Positions 7,811 to 13,381 of a stretch of DNA of 13,381 bases are shown piece by piece. Made by a program: the position numbers and the translations under genes. The stretch comes from Hadesarchaea archaeon. Its GTDB lineage: Archaea; Hadarchaeota; Hadarchaeia; Hadarchaeales; WYZ-LMO6. The notes below the pieces were generated by a model. That model saw nothing but the letters and a program-made list of their open reading frames with translations, had not been told where the DNA came from and made no database searches. The first letter of the stretch is position 1. Each line of letters opens with the position of its first letter. The stretch is from NCBI GenBank assembly GCA_029259185.1, contig JAPDJF010000046.1:1-13381 (forward strand), given 5' to 3'.

Positions 7811-7831
7811 CTTAAATTGATTTTTCAATTT
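7811..7831 (-). promoter_or_regulatory. Putative tfe promoter with overlapping 7-bp inverted repeat
   Basis: Minus-strand TTTAAG (7811-7816) lies about 24 nt upstream of the ATG. A perfect inverted repeat AAATTGA-TTTT-TCAATTT (7814-7831) overlaps it. Confidence 0.4.
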
Positions 7832-7911
7832 TTTCATCGGACCTTAATCTAGGGATGGGGCCGCCAAGATTTGCTCCCGCCTCGTGTTTCCCTCGAAGCA
7901 ATCGGGATCCG

Positions 7912-7936
7912 TTACCAATCTTACCAATCACCAATC
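7912..7936 (+). repeat. Tandem direct repeat TTACCAATC x2 + ACCAATC abutting the BRE of the flavoprotein promoter
   Basis: Read directly: 7912-7920, 7921-7929 and 7930-7936. Confidence 0.8.
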
Positions 7937-7950
7937 GAAAAGTTTATTTA
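7937..7950 (+). promoter_or_regulatory. BRE/TATA promoter of the Nox/CoADR-like gene
   Basis: GAAAAG followed by TTTATTTA, ending 22 nt before ATG 7973, consistent with a leaderless or short-leader transcript. Confidence 0.6.
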
Positions 7951-7972
7951 CTCTCTTTGGAATTGTGTTCAA

Positions 7973-9316
7973 ATGAAAAAAATTGATGTAGTGGTAGTGG
8001 GTGGGAGTGCAGCTGGTATTACGGCTTCTCTGACCGCTAAGATTCACTATCCTGAAAAGGAAGTCCTCTTGATAAGGAAAGAAAAAAAAGTCCTGATCCC
8101 GTGTGGAATCCCGTACATCTTCGGGACCGTTGGATCCCCCGAGAAGAACCTCATTCCTGATGCGATTTTGGAGAAGAACGGTATCCAGGTTCTGATCGAT
8201 GAGGTGAAGTCTGTGGATAGGGATAAAAAGGAGCTCTCCACCGCATCCGGGGAAAAAATAGGGTACGACCGACTCATCTTGGCGACAGGTTCTGTACCCG
8301 CGGTGCCTCCTATACCCGGGATCGATAAAGAAAATATCTTTGTGGCGAAGAAGGATGTCGATTATCTCCAACGCTTCTTGGAGACGCTCAAAGAGATCCA
8401 AGATCTCGTGATAGTGGGCGGAGGATTCATAGGGGTGGAGTTTGCGGATGAGTGTAGGAAGAATCCGAAACTGAACGTTTCGATCATAGAGATGCTTCCC
8501 CACTGCTTGATGCTGAGCGGTTTTGACGAGGACTTTTGTTCTGGAGCTGAGGGAATCCTTTCCCAAAATGGGGTAAAGGTGTTGACGAATGAGAGGGTCG
8601 AGTCGTTCACGGGGGATAAGAAGGTCACCGGAGTCAAGCTCGCCAGTGGGAAAGAGCTGAAGGCGGATGCCGTGCTCGTGGCTATTGGGGTTCGTCCAAA
8701 CATACAGCTCGCAAAGGAGGCGGGATTAGAGATGGGCGCCACGGGGGCGATCAAGGTGAACAATCATATGAGAACTTCAGATCCGAATATCTTCGCTTGC
8801 GGGGACTGCACTGAAAAGAAGTCGTTCTTCACCGGGGAGCCGGCTAGAACCCTCTTAGCCTCCGTAGCCACTTTGGAAGCCCGCGTGGCGGGTTGTAATT
8901 TGTTTAAAGCGAAGCGCGAGAACCCAGGCGTGATAGGGGTATTCTCCACGAGGATAGGGGACACCTCTTTCGCCTCAGCAGGTTTATCGGCTAGGCTGGC
9001 GAAGCAGAGCGGGTATGAAGTGGTGGTCGGGGAGGCTGTAGCCCCGGATCGGCATCCAGGGGGAATGCCCGAGATGAAGGAGACGAAGATGAGATTGACG
9101 TTCAATAAAGACACGGGGGTTCTGTTGGGTGGTCAGGTCATGGGAGGATGGGGTGTGGGTGAATTGATAAACGTGGTGGGCGCATGCATTCTTCACCGGA
9201 TGACTGCAAACGATATCGCCCAGTTTCAGATGGGCACCCATCCAGCACTAACAGCTTCTCCTATAGCTTACCAGCTCGTTAGCGCTGCCGAAAACGCGAT
9301 GAAACAAATGGGCTAG
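7973..9316 (+). CDS. FAD-dependent pyridine nucleotide-disulfide oxidoreductase (NADH oxidase / CoA-disulfide reductase family)
   Basis: N-terminal FAD fold DVVVVGGSAAG, single redox Cys in PCGIPY, LILATGS, GGGFIGVE followed by an acidic residue (IIEML, suggests NADH), IFACGD, and a C-terminal dimerisation domain. The true start is likely ATG 7973 (MKKIDVV), not TTG 7871. Confidence 0.92.
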   Translation: MKKIDVVVVGGSAAGITASLTAKIHYPEKEVLLIRKEKKVLIPCGIPYIFGTVGSPEKNLIPDAILEKNGIQVLIDEVKSVDRDKKELSTASGEKIGYDRLILATGSVPAVPPIPGIDKENIFVAKKDVDYLQRFLETLKEIQDLVIVGGGFIGVEFADECRKNPKLNVSIIEMLPHCLMLSGFDEDFCSGAEGILSQNGVKVLTNERVESFTGDKKVTGVKLASGKELKADAVLVAIGVRPNIQLAKEAGLEMGATGAIKVNNHMRTSDPNIFACGDCTEKKSFFTGEPARTLLASVATLEARVAGCNLFKAKRENPGVIGVFSTRIGDTSFASAGLSARLAKQSGYEVVVGEAVAPDRHPGGMPEMKETKMRLTFNKDTGVLLGGQVMGGWGVGELINVVGACILHRMTANDIAQFQMGTHPALTASPIAYQLVSAAENAMKQMG

Positions 9317-10476
9317 AAGTCTACTTCTTTCCCTTCGAACGCGTAAAGGAAAAGTCTTCTGTAGTCTTCTTCTCCCGGTACACGTGGATTGACGAAAGTG
9401 CACGCGGATTGGCACGATTTCGTCACCAGTTCATCCAGCCTTGCCTCGTAGTCTTCCTCGCTTATTCCCATCTCCTTTACGGATAGGGGCTCCTTGAGCT
9501 TCTTCCTCATGTCTTTGATGCATTCTATGAGTCTCTTGGTGGCCTCCTCCCCGGTTTTGGCCTTTATTCCCACTGCTTCTGCGATTTCGGCAAATCGGTT
9601 CATCACCACCTTAGAGCTGTATTCCATGACGTAGGGCAAGAACAAGCCTACCGCCCTACCGTGGGGGATATGAAATACCGCACCGAATGCATGCCCCATG
9701 GCATGGGTGGAAGCGACTTGAGAGTTGCTGAACGCCATCCCCGCCATCGTCGCGGCGATGTGCATACGCTCCCTAGCCTCTACATCCTCTCCGTTCTCAT
9801 AGGCCCTAGGGAGGTATTTGAACACTAGCTGGATGGCTTTTATCGCCATAGCATCAGAAAAATCGTTTCTCCACTGGCAAACGTATGCTTCGATGGCATG
9901 GGTGAGAGCATCCATCCCGGTGGCCGCGGTGAGCTGGGGAGGCATTTTCAATGTCAGCTTTGGATCGACCACCGATAGATCTGCCACGAGTTCCCTCGAC
10001 GAGAGTTCCATTTTGAACGATTCTTGTTTGTCGGTGATCACGGCAGCCCAAGTCGCATCGGAGCCCGTCCCACTCGTAGTGGGGATACATGCGAGTCTGG
10101 CCTTCTTCCTCAGCCCGAGTTCTGTCATCGGGGTTATGTCGTGAATCCGGAGATCGGGTCTCTCGTACAGAACCCACATCGCTTTTGCAGCGTCCATACA
10201 TGATCCTCCCCCCAAACCGACGAACCAGTCGGGGGAGAACTCCCTGGCGATCTCAACTCCTTTCATCACGTTTTCAATGGATGGTTCCGGCTCTACTTCA
10301 TCGAAGACTTTAGTCTCCATCCCCGCTTTTTTCAGGTGCTTGATGACGGTATCAACAAATCCCAGCCCGCGAATGGTTTTGTCTGTCACTACGAGGGCTC
10401 TTCTCCCCTTCATTCCCTCCAGAGATTCAAGGGCGTCTTCACCGAAAACCACTTTGGGTACGACAAACCACCACAA
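9313..10476 (-). CDS. Iron-containing alcohol dehydrogenase
   Basis: GLGGGSCMDAAK, IPTTSGTGS, GMDALTHAIEAY, HAMGH and PHG metal ligands; TTG start directly after an in-frame TAA. The stop overlaps the convergent flavoprotein stop on CTAG. Confidence 0.95.
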   Translation of the reverse strand: MWWFVVPKVVFGEDALESLEGMKGRRALVVTDKTIRGLGFVDTVIKHLKKAGMETKVFDEVEPEPSIENVMKGVEIAREFSPDWFVGLGGGSCMDAAKAMWVLYERPDLRIHDITPMTELGLRKKARLACIPTTSGTGSDATWAAVITDKQESFKMELSSRELVADLSVVDPKLTLKMPPQLTAATGMDALTHAIEAYVCQWRNDFSDAMAIKAIQLVFKYLPRAYENGEDVEARERMHIAATMAGMAFSNSQVASTHAMGHAFGAVFHIPHGRAVGLFLPYVMEYSSKVVMNRFAEIAEAVGIKAKTGEEATKRLIECIKDMRKKLKEPLSVKEMGISEEDYEARLDELVTKSCQSACTFVNPRVPGEEDYRRLFLYAFEGKEVDF

Positions 10477-10540
10477 TTATATCTAGATTCTTTGGGGGGG
10501 ATGCTAAAAAACTTTCATTTATAGGAAAGTACAGCTAACG

Positions 10541-10649
10541 GCCCGAACGAACGCCTGGAGACCAAGACCCCCGTAACCCCCCTTCCAAGGGGGATCGAGC
10601 CCTGGTCGTCGAAGAGGAAGCCCACCGCTTCAGCGGTGCGGTAGTTGAC
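10541..10649 (+). mobile_element. Orphan IS200/IS605 right-end / TnpB omega-RNA-like structured element (copy C)
   Basis: GCCCGAA..AACGCCTGGAGA ... GGTCGTCGAAGAGGAAGCC-CACCGC-TTCA-GCGGTG-CGGTAGTTGAC closely follows the recalled 3' end of tnpB elements (AACGCCTGTGGAGA ... GTCGNTGAAGCAGGAAGCCC-hairpin-GTAGTTCAC). Internal stems: GACCA/TGGTC (10560-64/10603-07) and CCCCCT/AGGGGG (10578-83/10588-93). No tnpB ORF upstream. Confidence 0.7.
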
Positions 10650-10669
10650 ATGCCTCGTTTCCAATGGTA

Positions 10670-10675
10670 TTTTTT
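10670..10675 (+). terminator. T6 tract, possible terminator for the copy C RNA
   Basis: Six T residues begin exactly 20 nt after the GTTGAC end of the element. Confidence 0.35.
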
Positions 10676-10763
10676 GACAAACCCGGAAAGACCATAAAAC
10701 TTAAAAGACAGACTTGCGAAAACCTTTAGTTAAAATCCTGATAACGGGGAGAGGTTTCGGGAG

Positions 10764-11789
10764 ATGCCGAAGAGGAAAGCAAAAAAAACTGGCATGAAAG
10801 CGGTAAAAAAAGAAAAATTGAAGTTCGCATTCTACTGGGCTGCGAGTTGTGGGGGGTGTGAGATAGCAGTCCTAGACATCGATGAAAAAATTTTAGATGT
10901 GGTTGAGGCTGCGGATATCCTCTTCTGGCCGGTGGCACTAGATTTCAAATACAAAGATGTTGAGGCGATGCCGGATGGACACATAGATGTGTGTTTTTTC
11001 AATGGAGCGATCCGAACCGAGGAGCAAGAACACATCGCCAAGCTTTTGAGGAAAAAGTCGAAGGTGATGGTAGCGTTCGGTTCTTGCGCTTGCATGGGAG
11101 GGATTCCAGGCCTAGCAAACTTAGCCGATCGGGAGGAAGTATTCCAACGGGCCTATCTGGAATCCCCCTCAACCGAGAATCCTTCGGGGGTCGTCCCCAA
11201 GACTTACGTGAAGGTCAGGGAGGGAGAACTGAGGTTACCAGAGTTTTATGACACGGTGAAGACCCTAGCCCAAACGGTGGATGTGGATTACTACTTGCCG
11301 GGTTGTCCTCCCACTCCTGAGCTGATTCTCCAAGCGGTTGAGGCCATAGTCAAGGGTGAGCTTCCGCCCAAGGGCTCCATCCTCCTCCCCCAGAGATCCG
11401 TGTGTGACGACTGCCCTAGGAATGAAACGAAACCCGAGAAGTTGAGCATCTCTGAGGTCAAAAGGCCCTATGAGGCCGACCTAGATCCGGAGAAGTGCTT
11501 TTTGGTGCAGGGAGTGATATGTTTAGGGCCGGCCACGCGCGGGGGCTGTGGAGCGAGGTGTCCGAGTGGCAACATGCCCTGTACGGGATGTCAGGGACCA
11601 TGTCCGAACGAAATCGACCAAGGAGCGGCGATGATAAGCGCTCTTTCCTCTATCTTGGGTGTGGAGCAAGAAAAGGAGGAAGGATACGACCCCGAAAGAT
11701 TGGTATCTCAAGTGGTGGATCCGGTGGGCACATTTTACATGTACAGTTTACCGGCCTCAATCCTCAGGAGGAGCGTGATGCGCAAATGA
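10764..11789 (+). CDS. mvhG: [NiFe]-hydrogenase small subunit, MvhG-like (F420-non-reducing, group 3c-like)
   Basis: YWAASCGGCE, GSCACMGG, PGCPP, CDDC, ICLGPATRGGCGARCP and PCTGCQGP Fe-S ligands. No Tat signal. GGAGAGGT RBS-like site upstream; alternative start at 10794. Confidence 0.9.
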   Translation: MPKRKAKKTGMKAVKKEKLKFAFYWAASCGGCEIAVLDIDEKILDVVEAADILFWPVALDFKYKDVEAMPDGHIDVCFFNGAIRTEEQEHIAKLLRKKSKVMVAFGSCACMGGIPGLANLADREEVFQRAYLESPSTENPSGVVPKTYVKVREGELRLPEFYDTVKTLAQTVDVDYYLPGCPPTPELILQAVEAIVKGELPPKGSILLPQRSVCDDCPRNETKPEKLSISEVKRPYEADLDPEKCFLVQGVICLGPATRGGCGARCPSGNMPCTGCQGPCPNEIDQGAAMISALSSILGVEQEKEEGYDPERLVSQVVDPVGTFYMYSLPASILRRSVMRK

Positions 11790-13246
11790 GCAAAGTAGTT
11801 ACCATAGATCCAATTACGAGACTCGAAGGACATGGGAAGATCTCGATCTTTTTGGATGAGAAGGGGAACGTGGAGAACGCGTACCTTCAGATCCCCGAAC
11901 TAAGGGGATTTGAGCGCTTCTGTGAGGGCAGGAGGGCAGAGCTGATGCCCCAGATAACCTCTAGGATATGTGGAGTATGTCCGGTTGCCCACCACATGTG
12001 TTCCACCAAAGCGCTGGATGCAGCGTTTGGCGTCGACCCTCCGAGCGCGGCGAAGAAGTTGAGGGAGCTGATGTATTGTGGTTACATGATATACGATCAC
12101 ACCCTCCACTTCTTCTACCTAGGGGGGCCGGACTTCGTCGTCGGGCCGGAGGCACCTCCGGGGGAGAGGAACATCCTTGGGGTCATCAAGAAGGCTGGTT
12201 TGGAAGTGGCAAAGGAGGTGATAAAGCATAGGGCTTACGGACAGAAGATTACAGCGATGCTCGGTGGAAAAGCCACCCACCCGGTTTCCGGGCTCCCAGG
12301 AGGGATAGCCAAATCACTCAGTGAGGACGAGCGAAAAGAAATAGAGAAAATGGCGAAGTCTAGTGTGGAGTTTTCAAAACTGGCCTTGAAGCTGTTCGAT
12401 GATATAGTACTCAAGAACGAGAAATACGTGGAGCTGATAAAGAGCGATGCGTACACGCTCAAAACCTACTACATGGGGCTCGTAGATGAAAATAATAAAT
12501 TGAACTTTTACGATGGAAAGGTTCGAGTGGTGGGGCCCGATGGAAAAGAATTCGTGAAGTTTCATGCCTCTCAGTATCTGGATGTGATAGGGGAACATGT
12601 GGAGGAGTGGACCTATGTCAAGTTCACTTATCTCAAGAAAGTCGGATGGAAGGGACTGGTGGGTGGACCGGATAGTGGTATTTACCGGGTTGGTCCGCTG
12701 GGGAGGCTGAATGCCGCTGATGGTATGGCAACACCACTCGCCCAGCAGGAGTACGAGAAGATGTATGAAATGCTTGGGGGGAGACCCGTGCACTCCACCC
12801 TAGCATTTCACTGGGCTAGGTTGATCGAGCTCTTGTACGCTTCTGAGAGGGCTGTAGAGTTGGTCCAGGACGATGAGATAACGAGCAAGGACATTCGAAA
12901 TCCTGTGGGGGCCCCAGGTGAGGGTGTGGGAGTGATTGAGGCTGCTAGGGGGACTCTCTACCACCACTACAAGCTTACTGAAGATGGAATGATCAAGAAG
13001 GCCAATCTCATAGTGGCGACCACGAACAACGCCGCTTCGATATGCATCTCCGTGAGGGAGGCGGCGAAGGCTCTGATCTCGGGGGGCAGAGTAAGCGATG
13101 GGCTACTCAACATGGTGGAGATGGCGTTCAGGGCGTACGATCCGTGCTACGCGTGCGCCACCCATTTCGCCATAGGGAAGATGCCATTGGAAGTCAAGAT
13201 ATACGATCACGAGAAGAATTTGCTCAAGACGATCACACGACCCTGA
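11786..13246 (+). CDS. mvhA: [NiFe]-hydrogenase large subunit, MvhA-like
   Basis: Start at ATG 11786 in an ATGA overlap with the small-subunit stop. IDPITRLEGHGKI, L1 motif RICGVC, EAARG-LYHHY, and L2 motif AYDPCYACATH followed by a cleavable C-terminal tail; all-Cys ligands. Confidence 0.95.
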   Translation: MSKVVTIDPITRLEGHGKISIFLDEKGNVENAYLQIPELRGFERFCEGRRAELMPQITSRICGVCPVAHHMCSTKALDAAFGVDPPSAAKKLRELMYCGYMIYDHTLHFFYLGGPDFVVGPEAPPGERNILGVIKKAGLEVAKEVIKHRAYGQKITAMLGGKATHPVSGLPGGIAKSLSEDERKEIEKMAKSSVEFSKLALKLFDDIVLKNEKYVELIKSDAYTLKTYYMGLVDENNKLNFYDGKVRVVGPDGKEFVKFHASQYLDVIGEHVEEWTYVKFTYLKKVGWKGLVGGPDSGIYRVGPLGRLNAADGMATPLAQQEYEKMYEMLGGRPVHSTLAFHWARLIELLYASERAVELVQDDEITSKDIRNPVGAPGEGVGVIEAARGTLYHHYKLTEDGMIKKANLIVATTNNAASICISVREAAKALISGGRVSDGLLNMVEMAFRAYDPCYACATHFAIGKMPLEVKIYDHEKNLLKTITRP

Positions 13247-13314
13247 CCTCATAATGAGTTGAGGACAACCCTTAGTTTTGAATCCTCGAGGTATTGAGAT
13301 TGGGGGGTTTATCG

Positions 13315-13381
13315 GTGGAGCAGGAAGAAGAGCTTGAGAAATGGTTTTCGGGGGCGAGGAAGGTGGTGGTCATGGGGGTGG
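13315..13381 (+). CDS. Hydrogenase maturation endopeptidase (HycI/HyaD family), 5' fragment
   Basis: GTG at 13315 after a GGGGGGT RBS-like run gives MEQEELEKWFSGARKVVVMGV(G), the typical N-terminus leading into the GxGN motif. Lies directly downstream of mvhA; truncated by the window end. Confidence 0.75.
   Translation, partial: MEQEEELEKWFSGARKVVVMGV

Noticed and set aside
7871-7972. N-terminal extension of the flavoprotein in the ORF track
   Set aside because: It spans the BRE/TATA and repeats; the FAD-binding fold begins at ATG 7973.
10614-10628. GAGGAAGCCCACCGC resembles the RNase P RNA P4 5' strand
   Set aside because: It lacks the GTCC/TTCC core and the 3' P4 partner, and the space is too short; the IS right-end pattern fits better.
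10541-10649. Minus-strand reading GTCAACTACC... resembles the start of an IscB/HEARO omega-RNA
   Set aside because: No IscB/IsrB ORF follows (the downstream gene is adh). The + strand matches tnpB-tail motifs, and G-U/GNRA polarity in copy A favours the + strand.
11495-11785. 97-aa N-terminal extension of the hydrogenase large subunit in the ORF track
   Set aside because: It is an alternative frame within mvhG; the ATGA overlap at 11786 and the conserved N-terminus define the real start.
473-12793. Numerous antisense or alternate-frame ORFs (e.g. 990-1487, 7928-8566, 12374-12793)
   Set aside because: They are shadows of well-supported genes and have no recognisable motifs.
13184-13192. 9-nt complement (CCATTGGAA) of the copy C putative guide inside mvhA; also a gapped partial match near 7879-7891
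   Set aside because: Too short, not in the seed-proximal part, and expected by chance in 13 kb.
1-13381. CRISPR array, tRNA, rRNA, SECIS/selenoprotein
   Set aside because: No regularly spaced repeats, cloverleaf or rRNA signatures were seen; the hydrogenase ligands are all Cys with no in-frame TGA.

Overview
An archaeal genomic window (TFE gene, BRE/TATA promoters, archaeal-type AhcY and Mvh-type hydrogenase). The lineage cannot be fixed from sequence alone; an anaerobe such as a Hadarchaeota or Bathyarchaeia member is a guess. Coding content is mostly housekeeping and energy metabolism: macrodomain protein, K+-dependent (probably Na+-pumping) membrane pyrophosphatase, cyclophilin-like DUF369 protein, SWIM zinc-finger, endonuclease III, two HD hydrolases, a small beta-barrel protein, AhcY, TFE, a Nox/CoADR-family flavoprotein, an iron-containing alcohol dehydrogenase, and a group 3c-like [NiFe]-hydrogenase operon (mvhG-mvhA-maturation protease, truncated by the window end). 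The most notable signal is non-coding. The three largest gene-free stretches (about 51-159, 4364-4482 and 10541-10649) each hold a diverged, collinear, hairpin-rich element of about 110 nt, all on the + strand. They resemble the right end / omega-RNA scaffold of IS200/IS605 TnpB elements, yet no tnpB or tnpA is present in the window. The third copy looks like a self-contained unit (TATA-like box, scaffold, 20-nt 3' segment, T6 tract), so these may be orphan guide RNAs or a non-autonomous mini-element family. The TnpB assignment rests on recalled consensus motifs and needs a database check.
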